Below are positions 27,670 through 38,798 of a stretch of DNA of 64,000 bases, piece after piece (positions within the stretch are counted from its first letter, which is position 1; each line of letters starts with the position of its first letter). A program made the position numbers and the translations under genes. The notes below the pieces were generated by a model that ran no database searches, was not told the DNA's origin, and saw only the letters and a program-made list of their open reading frames with translations. The DNA comes from an uncultured Chthonomonadaceae bacterium (GTDB taxonomy: Bacteria; Armatimonadota; Chthonomonadetes; Chthonomonadales; Chthonomonadaceae), in contig CAWFQB010000006.1 of NCBI GenBank assembly GCA_963817895.1, forward strand, positions 160,001-224,000. Direction: 5' to 3'.

Positions 27670-28293
27670 TCAAACCTGACTAACGCAACCAGCCCCTAAT
27701 GCGCTTGCGGCGACTACCGATGTAGTTTGAATCAGAATTGAACGATTTTGCAATATGCAGGCATCTAATGCCATGCACAATTGCGGCGACACGGCAGTAT
27801 TGATAATGTTGTGAAAGCCAGCCTCATCAATGTTTATGAGCAGAAAGGCTAAAAGCGATACAACGCCAGAACGCTTCCCGGGCGTCAACTCATAAGGCAT
27901 ATTCCGAAATGTTGTACGCCAAATATTGTCAAGTGCGTTTGTATCACACCAACTTTGTGTCCCAAGATAACCTATGATGCCGTCTAACCCTTCATTGACC
28001 TGCTTCTCGCTGAGATGCTGCTCCATTCCTTTAATCATAAGACAGGCAATATAACTGGCATAAGCCATACGGACGATAGACTGCTCTTTTGCCTTATACT
28101 GACAGCAGTATTCTTCAAAGACGGGTGCTTCAATAACCCATCGCAGACTAGCAATGAGGTGAGCATGAAATTGAGTGCCATGCTTCAATTTTACATATTC
28201 CTCGGCCTCTTGCAAATACTGTGCAACTTGCTCCTTATTTGTCTGCTTAGACGGCTCTTGTTTTTTCTTACGCCCAAAGATTTTTGTAAACAC
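27670..28293 (-). CDS. hypothetical protein, AT-rich
   Basis: Open frame over 200 aa; GTG start with AGGTGA RBS; lower GC than its flanks. Confidence 0.7.
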   Translation of the reverse strand: MFTKIFGRKKKQEPSKQTNKEQVAQYLQEAEEYVKLKHGTQFHAHLIASLRWVIEAPVFEEYCCQYKAKEQSIVRMAYASYIACLMIKGMEQHLSEKQVNEGLDGIIGYLGTQSWCDTNALDNIWRTTFRNMPYELTPGKRSGVVSLLAFLLINIDEAGFHNIINTAVSPQLCMALDACILQNRSILIQTTSVVAASALGAGCVSQV

Positions 28294-28483
28294 GGCATCA
28301 TCACCTTTTTCCATATACACTTTTAGATAGAGTTAAGGAACTATACTAGTATATCGAATGGGCATAGGTGTGTCAATACCTTTTCAAACATCTACGTACA
28401 GGCAGGAATAAACCAATATTGGATAGGTGAGTGGGCATAATTGCAGGTTTGCTTATGGGTATTGAGGGCTATCTACCAAGCCC

Positions 28484-28708
28484 TCATTTGTCAAAGTGCT
28501 TGCGGAACAAGCGCTCACACTCTTGCTCGCCTGCTTCCGTCAGTAGAACCTATTTGTTTTTGTTGTGCGGGTCGGCAATAAGGTTCTTCTCATGCAGGCG
28601 GTCGAGCGCGTCCCAATCGTGGCTTTTCCATGCGCGGCCATTGGCATCAAGCGTCAGGTACAGCAGAGCCAGAACCATTTCGTCTACTTTGTCTTTGTCG
28701 TATTCCAT
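28484..28708 (-). pseudogene. DUF6429-like small protein with an in-frame TAG
   Basis: Manual translation: MEYDKDKVDEMVLALLYLTLDANGRAWKSHDWDALDRLHEKNLIADPHNKNK*VLLTEAGEQECERLFRKHFDK; TAG at 28550-28552. Confidence 0.8.
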
Positions 28709-28736
28709 GCGCTTTCTCCTGTTGGAGAGTGTGAGG

Positions 28737-29735
28737 TTATCGTCCGGCTCCGGCGATGGTGGGGGCAGTAGGACTGAACAGGGTGTGCAGGAGGGGCATG
28801 TCTACGAACAGGCAGACGACGGCTACGACGCAGCAGGTCAGGACGGCGAACATCAGGCCGCGTTCGCGGTACAGGCTTTCGGGGTTTTGCGCCGCGCTGT
28901 TGGGCTTGAAGGCGAGGGACAGGTAGACCGACATCACGAGCGCGATAAAGGGGAAGGCGGCGATCAGTTCCAGACGGTAGCGCATGATGAACGCGCCTAA
29001 AAACAGCATGGCGGACGAGCCGTAGAACACGATGCTGACCAACAATCTATCCAGCGTATAATACCGGAACGAGCGGCGATACGAGGCGGCGAGTTCGGGG
29101 GAACCGAGTTCGCGAAATTCGGCGTACCGCTTGATTGCCATAAAATAGCAGCCGATCATCCAGTAACTGAGCAGCAGGGACGCGGGCGCGACGGACGCGG
29201 TTCCCGCTATGAACCAGCCCGCCAGCATCCGTATCGGGTTGTTCACGGCCTCGGAAAGCACGTCCACATACGGCAAATCCTTGCTGCGAACGGGCGGTAT
29301 GTTGTACACGCAGCCCATCACCCACAGCGCCAGCAGCGTCAGGGCAAACGGTAGGGAGATAAGCCGGCCCAATCCCACGCCCACCCCCATGAGCAGCAGC
29401 CATTGCGCATACGCCCAACCCACGCTCACTTCGCCGCTCGGAACGGGGCGGGCGCATTTGATGGGATGCAGGCGGTCGAACGGCGCGTCCAGAACCTCGT
29501 TCAGCGTGTAATTGCTGGACGCGACAAGCCCGATTGCCAGCAGGCCAAGCACAACACGTCCGCCTAAATTCGGGGCAACATGCGCCCGGTCAATGCCGAT
29601 GGCGGCAATCACGCCCGGAAACACGAACACGTTTTTGACCCAGTGATCCAGACGGGCGATACGAATATGCCCGCGCAAAGAGGGGTTTGCTTTGGGTTTT
29701 ATCGAAGTATTAGCGCCAGCGTCTAGTTCGTTCAT
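28737..29735 (-). CDS. UbiA-family prenyltransferase (decaprenyl-phosphate phosphoribosyltransferase-like)
   Basis: RLDHWVKNVFVF, NY.LNEVLD..FDRLHPIK..RPVPSG and KRYAE motifs; multiple TM helices. Confidence 0.85.
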   Translation of the reverse strand: MNELDAGANTSIKPKANPSLRGHIRIARLDHWVKNVFVFPGVIAAIGIDRAHVAPNLGGRVVLGLLAIGLVASSNYTLNEVLDAPFDRLHPIKCARPVPSGEVSVGWAYAQWLLLMGVGVGLGRLISLPFALTLLALWVMGCVYNIPPVRSKDLPYVDVLSEAVNNPIRMLAGWFIAGTASVAPASLLLSYWMIGCYFMAIKRYAEFRELGSPELAASYRRSFRYYTLDRLLVSIVFYGSSAMLFLGAFIMRYRLELIAAFPFIALVMSVYLSLAFKPNSAAQNPESLYRERGLMFAVLTCCVVAVVCLFVDMPLLHTLFSPTAPTIAGAGR

Positions 29736-29752
29736 AGCATATGTCTCTTTTT

Positions 29753-29912
29753 GTCTTGAACCATGATCAGGCATGATTTAGATGATTACCATGATGAGGC
29801 TTTCCAAAGTCGTGGTCTTTATTCAAGCGCCTCAATGCTAGATCAATGCAGTAGAAACGCGCCTACTCAATCATGTTAATCATCTAAATCATGCCTGATC
29901 ATGGTTCAAGAC
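29753..29912. repeat. hairpin element with 36-bp perfect arms built on 9-nt repeats
   Basis: gtcttgaaccatgatcaggcatgatttagatgatta and its reverse complement at 29877-29912; supplies the last codons and stop of the upstream gene. Confidence 0.85.
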
Positions 29913-31220
29913 GGGGTGTAGCAGTCCATCCAATCCGAAAGCCGCCAGAACAACTAAACAGGGCAGAATGGGAACGGAGTAGCGTCCCAGAGCGAGCAGG
30001 GCGGCGAGCAAAACGTTGAGATACGCTATCGGCAATACGAGCGGCCAAACAATCTTCTGTTCGCGCTGCGCCCGTTTCCAGCCCACAAATGCCAATATGC
30101 CGTAACCTAATGCCAGCAGACCGGTCACGAGCGAATTAGCGCGGCTTGTCATCTGATACCAGAAGGTGAACAGGCCGACAACGAATTTACGCGCCAGCCC
30201 TGCCGGGTTGGTGAGCAGGCTTGTTTTCGCGGCCTGCGTCAGAATGTGATCGGATTCGATGTCGTTGCGTTCCCATACGGTATTTTGCGCGAGGCACAGG
30301 GAACGGAAATAGGCGTTGCACTCGTTTTCCGCGTCCGTGTAGGGCGGCAGGCGCAGGGTGGCGTAGGGGAGTTTGGAAAAAATCAGGCCGCGCAAATAGG
30401 CGTCGCCCAACCCCGTTGTTACCAGCACCCAATGCCTGGATACACGGTGATTGCGAACCGTCCAGGGCAATACAACCGCGCCCATTCCTACAAACAGGCA
30501 GGCGAGAACTTGCCAGCGGGAGGAAGCGTTCTTCGATCCCGCAGGGGAAGCGGACGGGGATTTGACGGGGTTGTCAGGGGTGGATGTATTCATTGCCGCA
30601 GATTTGCGCCCGATGGTCAGCCACGCGATGGCAAACACAAGCGGATACAGCACGAACACGGCTTTGGCAAGGGCGGCAAGCCCGCAGGCAAGCCCGATGG
30701 CGGCGGCGCGTCCCATTGTCGGACGCTGCAAAAATCGGACGGTACACCAGACCGTCAGCGTCCACAGAAACGTGAGCAGTATTTCGACGTGGAAATCGGG
30801 GACGTAGCGCAGCAGGGCGGGGTGAAGAGAGCAGCAGATTCCCGCAATCATTCCGGCGCGGGGATTGAACAGGCGTCGTCCCATATCAACCGCCAGCAGG
30901 CTGATTCCGGCGAATAGGACGCATTGCGCCAACTGTAGCGCAAAGGCGCGTTCCCCGAAAACCGAGTAGACCAGCGCAATGAACAGGGGATACAGCGGCC
31001 CACGCCGATTGAGAACAGAACCATACGCCTGAAAGCCCTCACCATGCAGCACACTGCGCCCCATCGCTTCATAAGCATACGGGTCGGGGCGCGTATCTAC
31101 AAAATGCTGCGCCCGCCAGCCAATTAGGGTCCATACCAGGCCGATAAAGAGGCTCAAAGCGGCAATGCCGAGCGGTGTCAAGTTGCGGGGTATGGAATTG
31201 AAAAATGATTTCTTCGTCAT
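29889..31220 (-). CDS. GT-C membrane glycosyltransferase (ArnT/PMT-like)
   Basis: D..AY..MG, RGPLYPLF, PWTVRN and RYSVP motifs; about 10 TM segments. Confidence 0.8.
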   Translation of the reverse strand: MTKKSFFNSIPRNLTPLGIAALSLFIGLVWTLIGWRAQHFVDTRPDPYAYEAMGRSVLHGEGFQAYGSVLNRRGPLYPLFIALVYSVFGERAFALQLAQCVLFAGISLLAVDMGRRLFNPRAGMIAGICCSLHPALLRYVPDFHVEILLTFLWTLTVWCTVRFLQRPTMGRAAAIGLACGLAALAKAVFVLYPLVFAIAWLTIGRKSAAMNTSTPDNPVKSPSASPAGSKNASSRWQVLACLFVGMGAVVLPWTVRNHRVSRHWVLVTTGLGDAYLRGLIFSKLPYATLRLPPYTDAENECNAYFRSLCLAQNTVWERNDIESDHILTQAAKTSLLTNPAGLARKFVVGLFTFWYQMTSRANSLVTGLLALGYGILAFVGWKRAQREQKIVWPLVLPIAYLNVLLAALLALGRYSVPILPCLVVLAAFGLDGLLHPVLNHDQA

Positions 31221-31341
31221 TTCAGGCTGAATTTAGAAGCGCGAACTTACGCGAGAGGTGTCCGCGCAGGCGGACGTTGGGCGAAACGCCCTCCAGCAAA
31301 GAAATTCATTTCGTTGCCGCTCGTTGCCACAATGTTACGCG

Positions 31342-33385
31342 CTAATGTATTGGGGCAAGCACCTGTGCGCTGCGAATGGGCAGGTACAGTTGAAGGCTTT
31401 GCCCGCGCCCGTACATGGGAACTGTTTGTATAGGATACACCATATTGGGCTGAACATAATCATTTCCGCCGAATTTTGCATCATCCGTATTGAGTATCAC
31501 CTTGTAATCGGCGCGTTCCGGCATGGGGACGCGCAGGCCGAAGAAGGACTCGGTCGGATTAAGACTGAATACGAAGACCAGAGGGCCGCGCCGATACGCG
31601 AGTTGCCGCGTGTCCTCGTGCAGCATCAGTTGCTCGATATAAGTATCGTTGAGCAGGTTGTAGTCTTTGTCCAGTTGTTGCAGGGCGTGGTCAAAAGCGT
31701 TCAGATCACTGATAGCGCAGATGGTCGGTTTCCACAAGTGACCACTGGCGGCGGGCGTGTTGGTAGGAGTTGTTGTTTTCCAGCGTGGGGAAATCAATCC
31801 ATTCGGGATGCCCGAACTCGTTGCCCATGAAGTTCAAATAGCCCTCGCCGCCAAGCGAAAAGGTGAGCAGGCGTATCAGTTTGTGCAGGGCGATGCCGCG
31901 CTCGACAACCGGACTATGCGCGAAACGGCTCATGCCCCCGTACATTGCTTTGTCCATCAGGCGAAACGCGACGGTCTTATCCCCTACAAGCGCCTGATCG
32001 TGCGACTCGACGTAACCGATATGCTTTTCCCCGCGCCGCCGATCCAGCAGCCGGGCGTATATTTCGCCTAACTGCCACTGTTCTTCCGGTTTGTCCTCAA
32101 TCAGTTCGATCCAGTAATCGGGAATACCCATTGCCAGCCGATAGTCGAAGCCGATGCCGCCTTCAGCAACGGGGCGGGCCAGTCCGGGCATTCCCGAAAC
32201 GTCTTCCGCAACGGAAACCGAATTCGGGTCAAGCGTATGAATCAGTTCATTGGCGAGCATCAGGTAGGTGAGCGCGTCCTTATCTACGTTGTCGCTGTAA
32301 TAGTCGTCGTAGCTACGGAACACGCGGGCGATGCCGTGATCTTTGTACAGCATACTGGTCACGCCATCGAAGCGGAAGCCATCGAAACGGTACTCCTCTA
32401 TCCAAAAGCGCAGATTGGACATCAAAAATCGCTGCACTTCCCATTTGCCGTAATCGAAGAGGAGCGAGTCCCACAGCGGATGCAGGCCCCGTTCGCCGGG
32501 ATAAAAATACTGATTGTCCGTGCCGTCGAAGCGGTTCAGTCCCTCGTCTATGTTCTGCACAGCATGGGAATGAACCATGTCCATGATGATGCGCAGCCCC
32601 AAACTATGCGCCGTATCCACCAGTTCTTTGAGTTCTTCGGGCGTTCCGAACCGCGACGACACTGCGAAAAAGTTGCTGACGTGGTAGCCGAACGAGCCAT
32701 AATAGGGATGTTCCATGACCGCCATGAGTTGTACGGCGTTGTATCCGAGGGCGGCGATGCGCGGCAGAATGTTTCGGGTGAATTCCGCGAACGTGCCGAC
32801 TCGCTCGGCCTCCTGCGCCATGCCGACATGCGCCTCATAAATGCGCAGGCCGCCGGATTGTTCCGAAAGGGCCGGGGGCGTTGTGTGTTTCCACACATAC
32901 GGAACGGGCGGCTGCCAGTATTGCGCGAGGAAGTGGGGCGAATCGGGTTCCTGAACCACGCGCCGAATGTACGCGGGCAGGCGATCCCTCGCGCCGAATT
33001 CCGGGTTGTAAACGTGGACTTTCAGCAAACTCTCATGCGTTAGGCGATTGGCATAAACGGCGTCGGGCAGAAAACACGACCACACGCCCCACTCATCCCG
33101 CGCCAACGGATTCGCGCCCCGGTCCCAATTGTTAAAGTCGCCGATCAGCGCGATATACTGCGCCCCCGGCGCCCATTCCCGATACCATACGCCCGCTTCG
33201 CCGCTCTGCTGTCCCCGGTTCAGGCCAAAATAGTGGTGCGATTGGCTGATGTCGCCCATCAACCCGCCTGCCTGTTCAATCAGAGCCTTGCGTCCCTGAT
33301 AATGGGCGAACCGCTCCCGCAGAATTCCGGCGTAGGGCGCAAGCCACGGGTCGAGCGCAATCAGTTGCGTACCATCGGCAGGCAT
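31342..33385 (-). CDS. glgB: 1,4-alpha-glucan branching enzyme (GH13_8-like); frameshift near 31790
   Basis: Motifs YREWAP, IYEAHVGM, EHPYYGSFGYHV, FRFDGVTSMLY, AEDVSG, ESHDQALVGDKT and FMGNEFGHPEWIDFP. Confidence 0.92.
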
Positions 33386-33500
33386 AAAGGTCACTTCCTT
33401 GTTCAAAACATTTATTTCCGCGTAAGCGGGCGTTGCCGTATAGATTCGCCAAAAAAAGACAGCCTCCTGCGCGATTACACAAGGTTTTTAAAGGAAGCAG

Positions 33501-34259
33501 TTATTTCAGGCCGCCGTTGGCGATGAGGGTTTGGCCGGTAATCCAGCGGGCTTCTTCGGAACACAGAAAGGCGACCACGTCGGCAATATCATCGGGCTTG
33601 CCCAATCTGCGCAGGGCGGTGGCGTTCGCCATCTGTTGCTGTACGTCGGGGGAAATCACCTGTTGAAGCATTTCGGTTTCCGTCACGCCCGGCGCGACGG
33701 CGTTGACCGTGATACCGCGCGGGCCGAGTTCCATAGCGACGCAGGCCGTCATCATTTCCAATGCGGCTTTGCTGGCGGCATACACGGCCCATTGCGCGGT
33801 GGGGGAACGGGTGATGCTGGACGAGATGTTGACGATGCGCCCACCCTCCGCGCCAAAATGCCGCGCCGCAAGCCGCATGGCAAGCAATGGCCCGCGCACA
33901 TTGACGCCGAACATCTCCTCGTAAAAAGCGGCATCCGTCGCTTCCAGTTCCCGGAGGCCGGAAATGCCCGCGTTGTTGACCAGAATATCCAGACGGCCAT
34001 ACGTTTCCAGCGTCCGGGCAAACAGGCGTTCCAGTTGCGTTTCGTCGCTCACATCCGCCTGCACCGCAATCGCCTGCCCGCCCGCCTGCGTCAGTTCCGC
34101 TATGTGCCGCTGCGCCTGTTCCTCATTGCGGCTGTAACCGATGACAAGTTTTGCCCCGTCACGGCTTAACCTGCGCGTAATCGCCGCCCCGATACCCCGC
34201 GCCCCGCCCGTGACAATCGCCACCCGTCCCGCCAATCCCGTCATACTCGTCACCTTCAC
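33501..34259 (-). CDS. SDR family oxidoreductase
   Basis: Motifs TGGARGIG, NNAG and YAASK. Confidence 0.9.
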   Translation of the reverse strand: MKVTSMTGLAGRVAIVTGGARGIGAAITRRLSRDGAKLVIGYSRNEEQAQRHIAELTQAGGQAIAVQADVSDETQLERLFARTLETYGRLDILVNNAGISGLRELEATDAAFYEEMFGVNVRGPLLAMRLAARHFGAEGGRIVNISSSITRSPTAQWAVYAASKAALEMMTACVAMELGPRGITVNAVAPGVTETEMLQQVISPDVQQQMANATALRRLGKPDDIADVVAFLCSEEARWITGQTLIANGGLK

Positions 34260-34448
34260 GCTTATAATCTATTCCCTTGAGGTGAGTGCCAGTTCCTCAA
34301 CAGTCTGCAAATCTCCTGCCGGAAAATGTACGCGGTTAGGAATACGCGCCATTGAGGTACAATAAAGGTGTAACGCCGTGTTGATGAAGTGGGAGTCCTG
34401 TCGCTCCGCAAGGCATCTGTTGGCTTGCCGGAGGATTGATAGGAACCC

Positions 34449-36008
34449 ATGTCTGACGCTAATGTGACCCTTTCCACGTTTGATGAATTGGCGCAAACAG
34501 CCTTGCCCGCCCTGCGCGCCGAAGAGCGGTTGGCGCGGCTGCAAAATCTCGCGCTCGCGCTGACGAGCGTGGACACCATCGAGCAGGCCGCTGATGTGGT
34601 TCGCGGGGAGGGATTTACAGCGCATTATGCCCCAACGGGTGAGGTTGAACTGCGCCGTCCGCAGGAACCCGACGTGGATGCCGAGGCTCGCGCATTTATG
34701 GGGATTGTGGCGCAAATGTGCGCCCATGCTCTTGAACGCGCCCGTTTGTATGAGGCGGAACGAGCGGCGCGGCGGCTGGCGGAACAGGCGACGGAGCGGA
34801 CAACACGGCTGCAAACCGTGACCGCGCGGCTGGCGCAGGCCGTTACTCTCGCGCAGGTCGGCGAGATTATCATCAGCGAGGGAACCTCCGCTCTCGACGC
34901 GCACCGGGGCGTTCTGGCCTTGCTCAATGCCGAAGCCGATCATCTTGAAGTGGCGCAGGCGTGGGGCTATTCGCCCGACAATGCCCGCGTGTGGCAGCGT
35001 TTCCCGTTGGATGCGCCCATTCCCCTTTCGGACGTGGTTCGCAGCCGGGAACCCGTGTGGCTGCACGACCTGAACGAACGCGATTCCCGCTACCCTCAAC
35101 TCGCGCAGATACAAACCACGTCGCAGGCGTATGCGGTTCTGCCGCTTGCTCGTGGAAGATCGCGTTTTGGGCGGCATCAATTTCGGCTTCGACCATCCCC
35201 GCCGTTTCGATCCCGCCGAACGCGCGTTTATTACCGCTCTCGCGCAGCAATGCGCGCAGGCGTTGGAACGCGCCCGCCTGACCGATGTGGCCGCGTCCCG
35301 GCTGTCGGAAATCGAACAACTCAACGCGCGCTTGAAGCAGGCATTAGCGGAAACCCACCACCGCGTCAAGAACAATCTGCAGGTGATTTCCGCGCTCGTG
35401 GAACTGCAAACCGATGTTGCCGAGGCGATGGTTCCCGCCGAGGCGTTGCGGCGGGTGGGGGGCCACGCCCGCGCCCTTGCCACGCTGCACGACCTGCTGA
35501 CCGATCAGGCCAAATCCTCCTATGATATGTCCACGGTTTCCACCCGCGCCCTGTTCGGCAAAATGCTGCCCCTGCTGCAATCTACAATGGGAGAACGCGC
35601 CCTCCATTCCGAGATTGAGGAGGTTCGCTTCCGGTTCGTATCGGCGCGTCCCTGTGCCTGCTCGCCAACGAACTGGTCAGCAATGCCGTCAAGCATGGCG
35701 GGAAGAACATCGTTTTTTCACTCCAATCGGAACCGAATCGGCGCGACAACCAGCAAGAAATCAGCCGACAAAATGGACGCGAACGCCGCCAAAACGCCGA
35801 GGGCGAACCTGTTGCCGCCATTCTGCATCTGATTGTGGCAGATGACGGGCCGGGATTCCCGCCCGATTTCAACCCGCAAACCGCTGCGCATACCGGGCTT
35901 GATCTGGTTTCCAATCTCAGCCGTCTGGATTTGGGCGGCAGTGTCACGTATGCCAACAACCCGCAGGGCGGCGCGCGTGTCACCATTACCTTTCCCCTGC
36001 CGGAGTAA
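34449..36008 (+). CDS. GAF-domain sensor histidine kinase (HisKA_2 type); frameshifts near 35150 and 35630
   Basis: GAF segments; ETHHRVKNNLQ, NELVSNAVKHG, DDGPG and TGLDLV motifs found across frames. Confidence 0.85.
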
Positions 36009-36145
36009 GAAGATGAGTGTTCTGTATGGGAATTTGTATCAAGAACTGAGGAACATACAGGAAACAGGCCGACTTGTGGCGAAATGAACCACAAATACAT
36101 ACGATAGGCCGGATTGCCAATGTCAATGCGGCGGGGAACAGGCGA

Positions 36146-36955
36146 ATGGGCAAATTGACGGGCAAGGTGGCTCTGGTAACGGGAGCAGGGCGGGGATTAG
36201 GACGGGCGTACGCGCTGCATCTGGCCGCTTTGGGCGCGGATGTGGTCATCAACGACCTGACGCTGGATTCGGCGCGGGAGTTTGACGAGGAGCTTACGGC
36301 GGATACGGTAATGGCGGAGTGTGAGAGGTTGGGCGTCCGTTCCCTCGGTATCGCCGCCGACGTGACCAAACGCGACAAAGTGGACGGCATGATCGAGCAA
36401 ACCCTGTCCACATTCGGGCGGCTGGATATTCTGGTCAACAACGCGGGCGGGATGCTGCGCGACGCCACCAAAAGCTACGCCGCAACCGTGTCGGAAGAGG
36501 ACTGGCGCTTTATTCTGGATGTGAACTTGACGCAGACCGTGTTTTGCTGTCAGGCCGCCGCTGTCCCGATGAAGGCGCAAAAGGGCGGCAAGATCATCAA
36601 CGTCAGTTCGCAGGCGGGCAGTCAGGGCAATCTGGAAGGCTATTTCGCGCACTACGGCGTCGCCAAAGCGGGTATCGCGCACTACACGCGCCTGCTTGCC
36701 GGGGAACTCGGTCCCTTTAACATCAACGTAAACTGTATTGCGCCCGGCATCATCCTCACATCGCGCGCCAACAAGCAGTTCAACCGCAATTCTCCGGAAA
36801 ACATCGCCAAATTTGAACCCAAAATCGCCCTGCGTCGGGTTGGCGAACCGGAAGACTGCGCCAAAGTCGTGGAATTCCTCGCCACCGACCTTTCCGATTA
36901 CGTGACCGGGCAGGTGATCGCCATTGACGGCGGCATCGTGCTATCCCCGAACTAA
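36146..36955 (+). CDS. SDR family oxidoreductase
   Basis: Motifs TGAGRGLG, NNAGG and YGVAK. Confidence 0.9.
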   Translation: MGKLTGKVALVTGAGRGLGRAYALHLAALGADVVINDLTLDSAREFDEELTADTVMAECERLGVRSLGIAADVTKRDKVDGMIEQTLSTFGRLDILVNNAGGMLRDATKSYAATVSEEDWRFILDVNLTQTVFCCQAAAVPMKAQKGGKIINVSSQAGSQGNLEGYFAHYGVAKAGIAHYTRLLAGELGPFNINVNCIAPGIILTSRANKQFNRNSPENIAKFEPKIALRRVGEPEDCAKVVEFLATDLSDYVTGQVIAIDGGIVLSPN

Positions 36956-36961
36956 GAAGAT

Positions 36962-37083
36962 TTAGCCGCAAATACACGCGAATACACGCAAATGCAATGC
37001 TGCGATGAAACAGTCAGGCGGAACGCGATTACATAGCAATTAAGTGTCTTTATTTGCGTCCATTCGCGTGTATTTGCGGCTAA
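36962..37083. repeat. intergenic hairpin element with 10-nt internal periodicity
   Basis: 22-bp perfect arms ttagccgcaaatacacgcgaat/attcgcgtgtatttgcggctaa. Confidence 0.8.
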
Positions 37084-37094
37084 CTGAGGTTTTT

Positions 37095-38129
37095 ATGACT
37101 ACTGACACTGTTTTGCCTTTGTGCCTGACCGCCTATGGCCTGCCGCATACGATGGGCTATGTGAAAACGCGCGACGATGCGCCCAACGCGACGCCCCTGA
37201 CGCCGCTCGGCCTTGCGGATTTGGCGCGGGAATTGGGACTGGCGGGCGTGGAATTGCCCCTGACCGCCCGTATTCCCTCGTTCAACGGCCAGATTGTGGA
37301 AGCGGCGGGCGTGCCGGAGAATTTCCCTGCCGAACTCGCCAGCCGGAATTTGAAACTGGTGGCCGACTATGGCGCGCTGCTGGATTACGACGCGCAGCAT
37401 ACCCGCGCGTATCTGGACAAGGCCGCGCAGACGGGTACGAAAGTGGTTCGCGCGATTTTGAGTCATCTGCTGTGCGGCGACCGGCGCAAAATGGCGGGGG
37501 GCTGGAACCTGCACCGGGACGCGATTGCCGCCCGCCTGCGCGAACTGCTGCCCTACGCGGAAGATAAGGGCATTACGCTTGCCCTCGAAAACCATCAGGA
37601 CGCCACAACGGAAGATTTCTGGTGGCTGTACGAGCAGACGGGGCAAAGCGCGGCATTCGGGGTTACGCTGGATACGGGCAACCCGCTTTCCGTCGGGCAA
37701 GACCCCGTGGAAGCCGCGCGACAGTTGACCCCGCTGATACGACACGTCCATCTGAAAGACTACACCATGCACTTTGCGCCGGAAGGGTTTCGACTTGTTC
37801 GTTGCGCGGCGGGGGATGGCGTAATTGACTTTCCGGCGATACTGCAAGCCGTGAAAAGCAATGGACACGACATACTGCCCGGAATCGAAATCGCCGCGCA
37901 GCAAACGCGAACCGTCCCATTGCTCGAACCGGACTGGTGGGAACACTATCCCTCGCGCCCCGCGCAATCCCTGCTTCCCGTCCTGCAAACCCTGTGGACA
38001 AAAGGACGGGCGCAGAATGAGTTGTATTCCAGCGCGTGGGAGCGGGGCGAAGGTTCTGAAACCGTGAAGCAGGAAGAGTTGGCAGTTGTCCGGCGCAGCG
38101 TGGACTATTTCCGTTCGCTGGCAACATAA
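37095..38129 (+). CDS. sugar phosphate isomerase/epimerase (AP_endonuc_2 TIM barrel)
   Basis: Motifs LALENHQD, LDTGN, HVHLKDY and G.GVIDF. Confidence 0.85.
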   Translation: MTTDTVLPLCLTAYGLPHTMGYVKTRDDAPNATPLTPLGLADLARELGLAGVELPLTARIPSFNGQIVEAAGVPENFPAELASRNLKLVADYGALLDYDAQHTRAYLDKAAQTGTKVVRAILSHLLCGDRRKMAGGWNLHRDAIAARLRELLPYAEDKGITLALENHQDATTEDFWWLYEQTGQSAAFGVTLDTGNPLSVGQDPVEAARQLTPLIRHVHLKDYTMHFAPEGFRLVRCAAGDGVIDFPAILQAVKSNGHDILPGIEIAAQQTRTVPLLEPDWWEHYPSRPAQSLLPVLQTLWTKGRAQNELYSSAWERGEGSETVKQEELAVVRRSVDYFRSLAT

Positions 38130-38242
38130 GGAGTTAGATTTGTAGTAAAGATTGCCGAGAACGGTTAGTGTATAATCAAAGGAAGCGCGAACAATATGCG
38201 CTTCCTTTGTTTTTGTTGAAGAGAATTCTGAGGAGTATGCAC

Positions 38243-38467
38243 ATGGATGAAACCGTTGGCACAAAACGCAAACCCAAAATCGCCGACTACAAAGCCGCGC
38301 TTGAACAGATATTTCAGGCAATAGACCGTTCCAACCAGAACATGGAAGAGAATCGTGTCGTCATTGATCGTTTGAAGGTGGAAACGCAAATTCTCAAAGC
38401 CGAAAGCGACATTATCAAAGCGCAGACACAAGAGCGTCTTGATGCGCTAAGGGCGGCGGTGAAATAG
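38243..38467 (+). CDS. small coiled-coil protein
   Basis: GAGGAG RBS; heptad-like sequence; TATAAT at 38171. Confidence 0.7.
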   Translation: MDETVGTKRKPKIADYKAALEQIFQAIDRSNQNMEENRVVIDRLKVETQILKAESDIIKAQTQERLDALRAAVK

Positions 38468-38471
38468 ACCA

Positions 38472-38776
38472 ATGTGGAAACAACTCGTCGAACTTGGCAA
38501 CAAAGTCTTCGCGCTGATACGGAAAACGGAGCAGCATGATGCGGATGTTAAAGAACTGCGCGAGGATGTGAAGGCAATCCAACAGGACATCAAGGAGATA
38601 AGGCAGGAATTGCGCATGATTGCTCAAACCCTGCAAGAAGTCCGCTTCGAGCAGCAACGCGAGAAAGAAAACGCGAAACTCAGCGTGAGATGCAGCGTCT
38701 GCGCCTCGAAAATATCTTGTATCGCTTCGAGCGCAGACTGCCTCCCGGCAATTCACAAGAGGATACGCAAGAATAA
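38472..38776 (+). CDS. small coiled-coil protein; probable frameshift near 38675
   Basis: MWKQLVELG...EQQREKEN continues in another frame as ETQREMQRLRLENILYRFERRLPPGNSQEDTQE*. Confidence 0.7.
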
Positions 38777-38798
38777 AATCAAGGACGCGCAGCAAGGC

